Assembly: GCF_035697785.1 (NCBI RefSeq) | Contig: NZ_DASSCL010000012.1 | Location: 736-64,735 of the forward strand | Origin: Nocardioides sp. | GTDB taxonomy: Bacteria; Actinomycetota; Actinomycetes; Propionibacteriales; Nocardioidaceae | DNA length: 64,000 nt | Reading direction: 5' to 3' | Part shown: positions 55,445 to 64,000 of the stretch, one piece after another | Layout: each line of letters opens with the position of its first letter | Position numbering within the stretch: position 1 is the stretch's first letter | Notes under the pieces: model-generated | What the model was told of the DNA's origin: nothing | Database searches by the model: none | Seen by the model: only the letters and a program-made list of their open reading frames with translations | Position numbers and translations under genes: made by a program

Positions 55445-56188
55445 TCAGCGGACCCGCGTGAGCGCCAGCCGGTCGAGGTGATCGGTGGCAGCCGCGGTGT
55501 GGCCGGCCACCAGGTCGAGCAGGTCCGCCAGATCGGCACGGTCGTCCTCGCCCATCACCTCGTGGTGCAGCATCAACCCCACCGGGCCTGGGCCGGCAGC
55601 GCTCTCGGCGAGCAGCTCGCCACGGCCGGCGCGGTCCACGGGCACCTTCGTGCGCTTGGCGTACCAGTCGACCGTGATCGGCAGCTCGACCAGCCCGTCC
55701 ACCCCGGCCAGGCCCGCCGACAGGTCCCGGGACAGTACCGCGAACCCGAGGTCGCGCAGCACCTCGGCGGTCCACGGCGCGCACCGGTTCCACGGTGGCG
55801 TGAACACCGCCGGCAGGTCGCCCATCATCGAGTGCAGCAGGTCGCGGCCGCGGGCGATGTCGTCGGCCTGCTGCTCGGCCGACCGGCTCGGCCCGAACTC
55901 ACACTTGCGGCCCTCCGGCTCGTGGTTGACGTGGGCGAGGCCGTGCTGGTGGACGGTCAGGTCGTTGCGGCCGCTCTCCCGACGACTCGCGAGCAGGTCC
56001 ACGGTGTGCGGGCTCATCGCCTCGGGGATGGCCGCCACGTCCAGCGGTACGCCGGACGTGCCGAACACGTCGAGCAGCGCCGCCAGTGCCTCGTCGTCCC
56101 AGCCGGCGTCGTCGTCGCGGAAGAAGAACGTCACGGGCCGTTCGGCGGAGTCGAGGACCGCCCGCAGCGGGTCCAGCCAGCCGGTCAC
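55445..56188 (-). CDS. Polysaccharide deacetylase-like protein (DUF2334-like)
   Basis: FFRDDDAG, HQHGLAH metal motif, FTPPWN, MLHH; overlaps the upstream stop. Confidence 0.8.
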   Translation of the reverse strand: MTGWLDPLRAVLDSAERPVTFFFRDDDAGWDDEALAALLDVFGTSGVPLDVAAIPEAMSPHTVDLLASRRESGRNDLTVHQHGLAHVNHEPEGRKCEFGPSRSAEQQADDIARGRDLLHSMMGDLPAVFTPPWNRCAPWTAEVLRDLGFAVLSRDLSAGLAGVDGLVELPITVDWYAKRTKVPVDRAGRGELLAESAAGPGPVGLMLHHEVMGEDDRADLADLLDLVAGHTAAATDHLDRLALTRVR

Positions 56189-57357
56189 CGGACCGGCTCC
56201 GCGTCCCGGGCCGGGAGCAGCGAGCGGAGCAGCGCCGGCGTACGGGTGCGACCGTCGAGGGCCAGCGGGACGGACAGCGGCGACCAGTCGAGCGCGGAGC
56301 CGACCGCGTCGGCGAGGGTGTCGCCGGACAGCCGGTCCGGGTCGAGCACGCGGAGCGCGCCGAGTCGCTCCAGCCGACCGGCGCGTTCGGCCTGCTCGTC
56401 CTCGCGCCCCTCGCCGTACGGCACGACCACCGCCGGCGTCGTGCTTCCGAGGATGTCCATCGTGGTGTTGTAGCCGGCCTGGCTCACCGACACCGCCGAG
56501 GCGGCCATCTCGCCGCCGAGGTCGGGGAGGTAGCGCACGACGTCCAGCCCGTCGCTCGCCGCGGCGCGGACCGCGAGCTCGTCGACCACGGGCTCGGGCA
56601 GGAACGGTCCGGTGACGATGAGGGTGCGCAGCCCGTGGTCCGCGAGCCACCGGGGCTGCGCGTCGACCGCGGCGCGGAACAGCGGCGCGCCGACCAGGCC
56701 ACCGCCGGCCGAGACCAGCACCCGCGGTTCGCGGGCGCGCGTCGGGTCGCGGTCGACGGGACCGCGGACGAAGCCCGTGTAGTGCACCGGTGTGCGCAGC
56801 GGCACGGTCGGGTGGAAGGTCTCCTCGAGCGTCGCGAACCGGTCGTCCGCATGCACCAGCACCGCGTCGAAGAACTCGTTCGTGATCCGGCTGGCCCGGT
56901 CGTCGTGGCCCTGCTGGTCGCGACGGCTGCCGACGAGGATGTCGCGGAGGCTGCAAGCGACCAGCGGCGCGGGGCGGGTGGACCTGGCCAGCTCCAGCAG
57001 GGGCATCAGCTCGGTGCGGAACTTCTTGCGACCGAACGGGAACAGCTCGACCAGCAGCACGTCGGGAGCGGTCGCCCGGAACGAGTCCAGGACCATCGAC
57101 CGGCGAAGGTCCACCGCCTCCTCGACCGTGTAGCGCTCGTCACGGCTGACCAGCGCGTAGTCCGCGTCGAGGCCCAGCGCCGGGAGGTGCACGATGTCGA
57201 CGCCGTCGGGCTGCGGCAGGTCGGTCGGCCACGGGCCGCCGTTGAGCAGGGTCACGTCGAAGTCCTCGGCCAGCCCGTCGACCAGGTTGACCGAGCGGAC
57301 CAGGTGTCCCAGCCCGACCGAGTGCTGGCAGTAGAAGAGCAGTCGCGGCCGGGTCAT
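56185..57357 (-). CDS. Glycosyltransferase (GT-B, GT28 C-terminal / COG4671-like)
   Basis: YCQHSVGLGH, ELFPFGR, SAGGG, SQAGYNT, EQAERA. Confidence 0.87.
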   Translation of the reverse strand: MTRPRLLFYCQHSVGLGHLVRSVNLVDGLAEDFDVTLLNGGPWPTDLPQPDGVDIVHLPALGLDADYALVSRDERYTVEEAVDLRRSMVLDSFRATAPDVLLVELFPFGRKKFRTELMPLLELARSTRPAPLVACSLRDILVGSRRDQQGHDDRASRITNEFFDAVLVHADDRFATLEETFHPTVPLRTPVHYTGFVRGPVDRDPTRAREPRVLVSAGGGLVGAPLFRAAVDAQPRWLADHGLRTLIVTGPFLPEPVVDELAVRAAASDGLDVVRYLPDLGGEMAASAVSVSQAGYNTTMDILGSTTPAVVVPYGEGREDEQAERAGRLERLGALRVLDPDRLSGDTLADAVGSALDWSPLSVPLALDGRTRTPALLRSLLPARDAEPVR

Positions 57358-58637
57358 CTCGGGTGCGCCCCCTCGGTCGCCCACTCCAGGGAGGTGCTGA
57401 GCACCCGCTCGAGCTCGGCCAGTGTCGCCACGTCCACGCGGCTGACCGCGCGGACGGCGCGCTCGACGAGCAGCGCCGCGGCGGCGAACCAGCGCAGGTC
57501 GTCCGCACTCGGCGGCCGCGCGTACGCGGCGAGCAGCGCGTCGGCGGCGGCCGCCGCAGTGTCCGGGTCGATCGGGTCGTGGGGGCGCGGGCACCACAGC
57601 CGGGCCAGGGTGCCGCCGAGCTCGGCGCCGGCGGGTCCGGCAGCGGCCTGGTCGAGGTCGACGAGCCCGATGCCGGTGTCGTGGACGAGCACATTCTTGG
57701 GGTGCAGGTCGCCGTGCAGGAGCGCGGCCGGCGCCGGGCGGCGCGGGGCGGCCAGGAGTGCGGACACGACGGCTCCGGTGAGGTCGGCGAGGTCGGGCCG
57801 CGCCGTCTGCAGGAGTACGCCGGCCGTGGTGAGCCGGTCCGGGTCGAGGCGGGTGAACGGCGGCAGCGCGGCCACCGACCCGCGATGCAGCATCGAGAGC
57901 GTCTCGCCGAGCGCCGCCATCGCCGCGGGCACCTCGGCGCGCGGCAGGTGGTGCAGCGCCTGGCCGGGCACGGGGGACAGCAACGACATCCGCAGGTCCG
58001 ACAGGTAGCCCACCGGCTCCGGCAGGGTCGGCCCACCGGCCGGCGGCAGGCTCCGCCGCACGGCGGCGAGGGTGTCGACGCTGTGCCGACCATCGTCGCC
58101 GGCGTGCACCTTGGCGAAGCCGACCGTGACACCGCCGGCGTCGGAGCAGCGCACGGTCGCGGCCTTCTCCGGGGTGTAGGCGACCAGCTCGCTGCGCAGC
58201 CACGGCCGGCCGAACACGGCCCGCAGCTCCTCGGGCGGGTCGGTGAGCCGGTCCAGGCCGCGCAGCTTGCGGTCCTGCGGGAACACCCAGAAGACCGTGT
58301 TCATGGGCTCGTCGAGGAGCACGGAGTCGTCGGGTGCGCCCTGCCGGGCGGCCTCGTCGCGCGCGAGCAGGAACTTCGCGGGAGCCTTCGCGGCGGTGAA
58401 CATCCGGGCGCTCACCAGCCGGCTGTCGCCGCGTTCGTCGACGAGCCGGTAGGTGGTGCGCAGGCTCTCGCCGGGGCGGTACCTCGCCCGGACCCGGACG
58501 CAGCCGGCGACAGTGCGCGGCTCTCGGTCCAGTCCCTGGAGACGCGCGGCGACGAGCTCCTCGTCGAGCAGGTCGTCACGCCGGGGTAGGGCCGGGTCCC
58601 GGGCCAGCCCCGGCGAGGTGCGGAGGGTGGCGGTCAC
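57354..58637 (-). CDS. APH-like phosphotransferase
   Basis: RYRPGES, FPQDRKL, AYTPEK, FAK, LHGDLHPKNV, VDLD. Confidence 0.82.
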   Translation of the reverse strand: MTATLRTSPGLARDPALPRRDDLLDEELVAARLQGLDREPRTVAGCVRVRARYRPGESLRTTYRLVDERGDSRLVSARMFTAAKAPAKFLLARDEAARQGAPDDSVLLDEPMNTVFWVFPQDRKLRGLDRLTDPPEELRAVFGRPWLRSELVAYTPEKAATVRCSDAGGVTVGFAKVHAGDDGRHSVDTLAAVRRSLPPAGGPTLPEPVGYLSDLRMSLLSPVPGQALHHLPRAEVPAAMAALGETLSMLHRGSVAALPPFTRLDPDRLTTAGVLLQTARPDLADLTGAVVSALLAAPRRPAPAALLHGDLHPKNVLVHDTGIGLVDLDQAAAGPAGAELGGTLARLWCPRPHDPIDPDTAAAAADALLAAYARPPSADDLRWFAAAALLVERAVRAVSRVDVATLAELERVLSTSLEWATEGAHPR

Positions 58638-60478
58638 GGTGTCGCCGCCTCGGCGCGCGGGGCCAGCGAGAGCTGCGGGGCATCCGGACGGTCCGGGTGC
58701 CAGTGGATCCGGTCGGTCGTCCCGTCGGCGAGCTCGACGACCACGGCGCCCGTTGCCAGGTCTGCCGACCGCAACCGTGGCGAGCGTCCCGCGCGGCGGG
58801 GCGTCAGCAGCGTGAGCAGCGTGACTTCATGCGCGCGCTTCGGGGACGCGACGACGACGGGCGCCGGGGACTTGATGCCGTACTCGGTCGAGACCCAGCC
58901 GGGTTCGACGGCGACGGGCAGGGACGACCGCGGAGTTCCGGTGAGGTCGAGGTGCACGGTCGGCGTGCTCACCCGGGTGATGCCGCCGGGCAGCCGCTCG
59001 ACGGTCGGCGCGTCGTCGTACGCCAGGTGCCAGCGCAGTGCGTAGTCGTGCGGCTGCTCGCCGCGGAGCCGGTCGAGGACGAGCCAGTAGTCGCGTGCCA
59101 CGAAAAGGATCGCCCGCCGGTGCACGGCGTCGTACGACGGGCTTGTCACCTCGCCGTGCAGCAGGTCCGCGCCGTCGAGCGAGCGACGGTCGAGGAGCCG
59201 GCAGCTGAGCTTGGGGCCCTTCGGCTTGCCGAGGCGGTAGGGCTGCTGGTCGAGACCGTCGACGGTCACCGTGTTGTGCGCGGCGGTGCCCTTGAACCAG
59301 TGTCTCCAGTTCGGCTCGCCCTCGGCGTAGGTGTAGCGACCGGGGTCGACGACCAGGGGGTGCCCGAGGCCGTAGGCCTCGAGCGACAGCGCGTCGTAGT
59401 GCCCGTGCCCGCCGTCGCCCAGGGGACCGCAGCCGAACATCAGGAACCGCTCGTCGGCGTACGGCTCGCCGCGCTCGCCCCACCCGCTGCGTTGCACGTG
59501 GTATCCGGCCACCGGGAAGTCCGCGCAGCGCTCGGGAGGCGGCGTGCCGGCCCGTCCCCGGGTCGCGACGTAGCGGATCTCGTCGTCGTCGAGCACGTCG
59601 GCCGCGAGCGCGAGCAGGTCGAGATAGCTGCCTGAGTCGCTGTCGGACCAGGCCGGGATCTGGCCGTCGGGGCGGTGCAGGTGCAGGCCGAAGCGGCAGG
59701 CGGCGCGCAGCCGCTCGTCGTACGCCGGGGGCACCCGGCCGCCGAAGCGGGTCACGTTGACGCGCGCACCGAGGAAGGAGCGCAGCGCGATGAGGTGGTA
59801 GTGGGTGGACCGTTCCCGGTGCACCCCGTCCGCCCACACGTCGGTGAGCAGGTTGTCCTGCAGGGCCGTCCAGGCCTGCTCGCCCCGGTCGCCGTCGGGG
59901 TCGAGGACGGGCAGGCCGAGGGAGACCACCAGGAGCGCGAACAGCTCGAGCGTGCGGTGGTTGCGCTCGGGGGTCAGCTCCGCGGTGACGTGGTCGAGCT
60001 GCGCGGACATGCTGGCGAGCACCCGCTCCTGCACGGCGGGGTCGAGGCCCGGGAAGCCGTCGACGCTGTCGAAGCCCTGCCAGGCGTAGAGCCAGTTCTG
60101 CAGCCGGCGGGCAGTGATGTCGCTGGTGTCGACGTCGGGCGCCTGTTGGTCTATCCAGCTCGACACCAGGGCCTGCCAGGCGTCGAGGTAGGCCGGGTCT
60201 CCCGTGGCGCCGTACGCGTGCGAGAGGTCCAGCCCGAAGTAGAACTTGCTCCACTCGATGTGCCACTCCTCGTCGTGGGCGAGGCCGCCGGTGCGCCAGT
60301 CCGGTGGCATGCCCAGGTCGAGGGTCTCCCCCGCGTACCGGAACCGGCCGGTCACGGCGTCGGCGGCCACCTGCGGGTCGCGGTAGAGGTGCGCGATCGG
60401 GGAGTAGACCTGGCGGGGTCGGACCCGCCCGGCGGCGACCGCCCCGGTGTGCGCGGGGACCGGTGAGGCGGATCTCAT
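58634..60478 (-). CDS. Heparinase II/III family polysaccharide lyase-like protein
   Basis: NH, DGVHRERSTHYH, GHGHYDALS, VDPGRYTY, TAAHNTV. Confidence 0.87.
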   Translation of the reverse strand: MRSASPVPAHTGAVAAGRVRPRQVYSPIAHLYRDPQVAADAVTGRFRYAGETLDLGMPPDWRTGGLAHDEEWHIEWSKFYFGLDLSHAYGATGDPAYLDAWQALVSSWIDQQAPDVDTSDITARRLQNWLYAWQGFDSVDGFPGLDPAVQERVLASMSAQLDHVTAELTPERNHRTLELFALLVVSLGLPVLDPDGDRGEQAWTALQDNLLTDVWADGVHRERSTHYHLIALRSFLGARVNVTRFGGRVPPAYDERLRAACRFGLHLHRPDGQIPAWSDSDSGSYLDLLALAADVLDDDEIRYVATRGRAGTPPPERCADFPVAGYHVQRSGWGERGEPYADERFLMFGCGPLGDGGHGHYDALSLEAYGLGHPLVVDPGRYTYAEGEPNWRHWFKGTAAHNTVTVDGLDQQPYRLGKPKGPKLSCRLLDRRSLDGADLLHGEVTSPSYDAVHRRAILFVARDYWLVLDRLRGEQPHDYALRWHLAYDDAPTVERLPGGITRVSTPTVHLDLTGTPRSSLPVAVEPGWVSTEYGIKSPAPVVVASPKRAHEVTLLTLLTPRRAGRSPRLRSADLATGAVVVELADGTTDRIHWHPDRPDAPQLSLAPRAEAATP

Positions 60479-61824
60479 CGGCGCCGCTCCGGGCCGGTCG
60501 GGGCGCCGGTCAGCAGCGCGGCCATCCGGGCGGCCGTCGCCGAGGCGTCGAAGTGGTCGGCGATGGTGCGGCGACCCTCGTCGGCGAGGTGCTGGGCGAG
60601 ATCGGGGTCCTTGACCAGCCGGTGCAGGGCGTCGGACAGCTCGGCGGGGCGGTCCGGCTCGACGATCAGGCCGTTCTCGCCGTCGTGCACCAGCTCGGTG
60701 ATGCCGGAGACTCCTGTGGTGACGACCGGCAGGCCGCAGGCCATCGCCTCCATCAGCACGTTCGGGATCCCGTCGCGGTCGCCGTCCGCGAGCACTCGGC
60801 AGGGCAGCGCGAACACGCTGGCCCGGGAGTACTGCTCGAACAGGCCGCTCTGGGTCAGCGGACCCAGGAACGAGACCCGGTCCCCCAGGTGGGCCTCGTC
60901 GACGCGCGTCCGGACCTCGGCCTCGTGGTCACCGCTCTCCCCGGCGATCACCGCCTCGAAGTCGACACCGCGGCCGCGCAGCAGCGCGCAGGCGTCCACG
61001 AAGGTGTCGAGCCCCTTCTTGCGGACCAGCCGGCCGACGGCCAGCAGCCGGACCCGGTCCGGCTCGACGCGGCGTACCCCGTCGGCGACCAGCTTCTCGA
61101 AGTCGGCGTTCAGCCCGTGGTAGACGACGTGCACCGGGGTCCGCGAGCCGAGCGCGTGGAGGTGCCGCCGGTTGGCCTCGGTGCAGGTGACCACGAACGA
61201 TGCGGCGTCCATCTTGCGGCGGAGCAGCCCGGCCGGGTTGAGCTCGTCGGTGTAGATGTCCTTGGCGTGGCCGGTGAACGAGAACGGCAGTCCGGTGATC
61301 GTGGCAGCGAGCCAGGCCACGGTGGTCGCCCCGTGAGCGAAGTGGGCGTGCAGCCGGGCCACGTCCCCGGCCGAGTCGATGCGGTCGGCCAGGTCGACCG
61401 CCAGCAGCAGCTCCTTGACGTAGATCTTGCGGGGCGGCGCCAGGAGGCCCTTCCGGGCCCGCACTGCCTGCGCCAGCGCCAGGCCGGCGGCACGCAGCAG
61501 CCGCAGCGGGTGCCGGCGCGCGGTCCGCAGCAGCGCGGGCCGGAAGGTCGCCAAGTTGTCCGCGAGCCAGCGCGGCGCACCGGCGGCGGACAGCGAGGAC
61601 GTCTGGTGCAGGTACTCCGGGGCCGTCCGGACCCGGCGTACGACGTCGTGGTGGACGTCCTCGTCGGCCGCCTTCTGGACGAACAGGCGCAGCGGGACGC
61701 CGAGCCGCTCGACGCGGTAGATCTCGCTGGCGATGAACACCTCGGAGAGGCGGGGGTAGCCCTTCAGCACGTAGGCCACCCGCCCGGTGGTGCCGGGGAT
61801 GTCGGGAGCGGCGGGTTCAGGCAT
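60475..61824 (-). CDS. Glycosyltransferase family 4 (WcaL-like)
   Basis: YPRLSEVFI, HAHFAH, GHAKDIY, GRLVRKKG, DRDGIPNVLMEAMA. Confidence 0.9.
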   Translation of the reverse strand: MPEPAAPDIPGTTGRVAYVLKGYPRLSEVFIASEIYRVERLGVPLRLFVQKAADEDVHHDVVRRVRTAPEYLHQTSSLSAAGAPRWLADNLATFRPALLRTARRHPLRLLRAAGLALAQAVRARKGLLAPPRKIYVKELLLAVDLADRIDSAGDVARLHAHFAHGATTVAWLAATITGLPFSFTGHAKDIYTDELNPAGLLRRKMDAASFVVTCTEANRRHLHALGSRTPVHVVYHGLNADFEKLVADGVRRVEPDRVRLLAVGRLVRKKGLDTFVDACALLRGRGVDFEAVIAGESGDHEAEVRTRVDEAHLGDRVSFLGPLTQSGLFEQYSRASVFALPCRVLADGDRDGIPNVLMEAMACGLPVVTTGVSGITELVHDGENGLIVEPDRPAELSDALHRLVKDPDLAQHLADEGRRTIADHFDASATAARMAALLTGAPTGPERRR

Positions 61825-62914
61825 CGGCGTGCTCCGGCGTACGTGCGTGCAGGTCGGCGAGGTGCTCGACGAACAGCCGGGTGCAGGTGTCGAGGTCGAA
61901 GTGCTGCTCGACGTAGCGGCGGCCGGCCGCGCCCAGGGCGGCCCGCAGCCGCGGGTCGGTCAGCCGGTGCAGGGCGGCTTCGAGCGCCGCGCTGTCTCCC
62001 GGAGGTACGACGAGGCCGCCGCGCGCGGCCCGCACCGTGCCACCGAGCGCGGCCACGTCGGAGACGACCAGCGGCCGGCCGGACGCCATCGCCTCGAGCG
62101 CGACGTTGGGCAGGCCGTCGCGGTCTCCCGCGCGGTCGACCACCGACGGGACGGCCACGACGTCGGCCCAGGCGTAGTGGCCGGGCAGCTCGGCGTGTGA
62201 CCGGCGGCCGGCGAGCACGACGTGGCCGGCCACGCCCTTGCGGCGCACGGACTCGGCGAGGGCGGCCTGCTCGGCGCCGGTGCCGATGATCCGCAGCTGC
62301 ACCGGGACCCGCAGTCGGGCCACGGCGTCGACCAGGGTGGGGAAGCCCTTCTTCTCGACCAGGCGGCCGACGGCCAGCACCCGCAGCGGTCCGCCGCCCG
62401 GGGGTCCGGCCTCGGGGCGGAACCTCCGGAGGTTGACGCCGTGTGGCAGCAAGCGCACGGCCGCGCCGGGCACGCGGACGTGCTGCGCGACGTCGGGGTT
62501 GCAGGCGACCACGCCAGCGGCGCCGCGGGCCCGGGCGGCCAGCTCGTCGGCGGGCACCTTGCGGGCGTCGAGCGCATGGGTGCTGAAGCTGTAGTCGACG
62601 CCGAGCCTGGCCGCGGCGTGCGCAGCCACCTCCGCGGGACGGTGCGCGAAGTAGCCGTGCACGCCGTGCACGCGTTCGTCCCCGAGGTCGGCGACGAGCG
62701 CCGCGGCCTGCTGGGTCGCGTCGCCGTCCGGCAGCATCCGGAGCAGCGGACGCAGCTCGTCGACGCCGGGCTGGGGGGTCGCGCCGTCGCCAGGCTTGGT
62801 GGCGTAGAGGCGGGTGAGCATCCCGGCCCGTGCCAGGGCGACAAGCTCGCCGACGGCGAACGTCTCCGAGGTCCGCGGGAAGCCGCTCATCACCACCGCG
62901 ACGCGGGCGGTCAT
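61817..62914 (-). CDS. Glycosyltransferase family 4 (WcaL-like)
   Basis: FPRTSETF, HGYFAH, GRLVEKKG, DRDGLPNVALEAMA. Confidence 0.9.
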   Translation of the reverse strand: MTARVAVVMSGFPRTSETFAVGELVALARAGMLTRLYATKPGDGATPQPGVDELRPLLRMLPDGDATQQAAALVADLGDERVHGVHGYFAHRPAEVAAHAAARLGVDYSFSTHALDARKVPADELAARARGAAGVVACNPDVAQHVRVPGAAVRLLPHGVNLRRFRPEAGPPGGGPLRVLAVGRLVEKKGFPTLVDAVARLRVPVQLRIIGTGAEQAALAESVRRKGVAGHVVLAGRRSHAELPGHYAWADVVAVPSVVDRAGDRDGLPNVALEAMASGRPLVVSDVAALGGTVRAARGGLVVPPGDSAALEAALHRLTDPRLRAALGAAGRRYVEQHFDLDTCTRLFVEHLADLHARTPEHADA

Positions 62915-63891
62915 GCGGCCCCCGCCTCCATCGGCTGCCGGGCCTCCACCCAGGCGAGCTCGGCGGCCAGGCCGTCGTCGAGGGACACGACCGGGTTCCA
63001 GCCGAGGTCCCGGCGGGCCAGCGACACTTCGGCCGAGGTCCTGACCACGTCGCCCCGTTGCGCGGGCTGCCGGTCCAGGTCGAGGCGGCGCCCGGCGATC
63101 CTCTCGAGCGTGGCGATCACCCTCGAGAGGGTCGCCTCCTCACCGCCGCCGACGTTGTAGACGTCGGTGCTGGTGGTCTCCGCGTGTGCGGCGCGGACGG
63201 TGGCGTCGACCGCGTCGGTCACGAACGTGAAGTCGCGCGACTGCGACCCGTCGCCGAACTGCGGGAACCTGCCGCCGGTGACGAGGGCGTCGCAGATCCG
63301 TCGCATCGCCATGTCGGGACGCTGTCGGGGGCCGTAGACGGTGAAGTACCTCAGGCCGACGGTGGCCAGGCCGTGGCTGCGGTAGACCCGGGCCAGGTCC
63401 TCGCAGGCTCGCTTGGTCACGCCGTACGGCGACCGGGGCCGGGTCGGCGTCGAGGGCTCGCGGCACGGATGTGCCTCCGCGTCGCCGTACACCGACGACG
63501 ACGACGCCCAGACGACGCGGGCGACGCCGGCCGACTCCGCGGCCTCGAACACGCGCTGGGTGGCCACGAGGTTGTTGCTCGCGTAGTAGCCGAAGCTGGC
63601 ACCGAAGCTGTCCCGGACGCCGGCCTGGGCGGCGAGGTGGAACACGGCCGTCGCGCCGGCGAACGACTCCTCCCAGCCCTCGCGGACCAGGTCCCGTTCG
63701 AGCAGGTCGAACCGGGGCTCCCCGGTCAGCTCGGTGAGGTTCGCCAGCTTGTCCGCCCGCGGGTAGTAGTCGGTGAAGCAGTCGATGCCGGTCACCGACC
63801 AGCCGTCCGAGAGCAGACGCTCGCAGAGGTGTGAGCCGATGAAGCCGGCGGCGCCGGTCACGACCGCCCGTCGTCGAGGTGTGCTGGTCAT
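62911..63891 (-). CDS. NAD-dependent nucleotide-sugar epimerase (UDP-glucuronate 4-epimerase-like)
   Basis: TGAAGFIG, HLAAQAGVR, ASSSSVYG, YGVTK, YFTVYGPRQRPDMA, RDFT. Confidence 0.92.
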   Translation of the reverse strand: MTSTPRRRAVVTGAAGFIGSHLCERLLSDGWSVTGIDCFTDYYPRADKLANLTELTGEPRFDLLERDLVREGWEESFAGATAVFHLAAQAGVRDSFGASFGYYASNNLVATQRVFEAAESAGVARVVWASSSSVYGDAEAHPCREPSTPTRPRSPYGVTKRACEDLARVYRSHGLATVGLRYFTVYGPRQRPDMAMRRICDALVTGGRFPQFGDGSQSRDFTFVTDAVDATVRAAHAETTSTDVYNVGGGEEATLSRVIATLERIAGRRLDLDRQPAQRGDVVRTSAEVSLARRDLGWNPVVSLDDGLAAELAWVEARQPMEAGAA

Positions 63892-64000
63892 GTCCGCTCC
63901 ACATGTTTGTCGTCGGGGACGCGGGCCGCGAAGAAGGCCGAGTCCGTGCCCGTGAGGTCGAGTCGTTGTTGGGTGCCCGTCAGCCGGGCGAAGGCGGAGT

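Noticed and set aside
50886-58637. APH-like genes as aminoglycoside-resistance determinants
   Set aside because: They share only the generic kinase fold and sit among glycan biosynthesis genes; no similarity to known resistance APHs was recognised.
48729-64000. Integrative element or prophage at tRNA-Arg
   Set aside because: No integrase, phage genes or duplicated tRNA 3' end were seen in the window, and there is no obvious compositional break.

Overview
High-GC actinobacterial chromosome segment (gene content and order look Nocardioides-like; this is inference). Most of it is core or semi-core: aat, an Fpg/Nei glycosylase, arcA, larB/larC, pheA, serS, an Sdh1-type succinate dehydrogenase operon, bpa, pckG, and three tRNAs (Ser-TGA, Ser-GCT, Arg-ACG). 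It opens with a tandem of sulfotransferase-like genes and closes with a glycan-modification cluster rich in APH-like kinases. The most striking unexplained locus is 42.8-44.75 kb. It holds a small precursor with a Sec-type signal peptide and four identical DSGWNGT cores encoded by divergent codons. Downstream lies a structured non-coding stretch with three C-rich loops and a strong hairpin, and a TrmB/LuxR-type regulator converges on it. Together these suggest a candidate peptide-signal / LuxR receptor / sRNA module. The window also has at least two families of dispersed palindromic REP/MITE-like elements (one inserted in frame in the larB 3' end), a second candidate C-loop sRNA, and an internally deleted phosphotransferase pseudogene. 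No CRISPR array, integrase or transposase was seen. All calls come from reading motifs by eye, with no database searches, and several start codons are best estimates.
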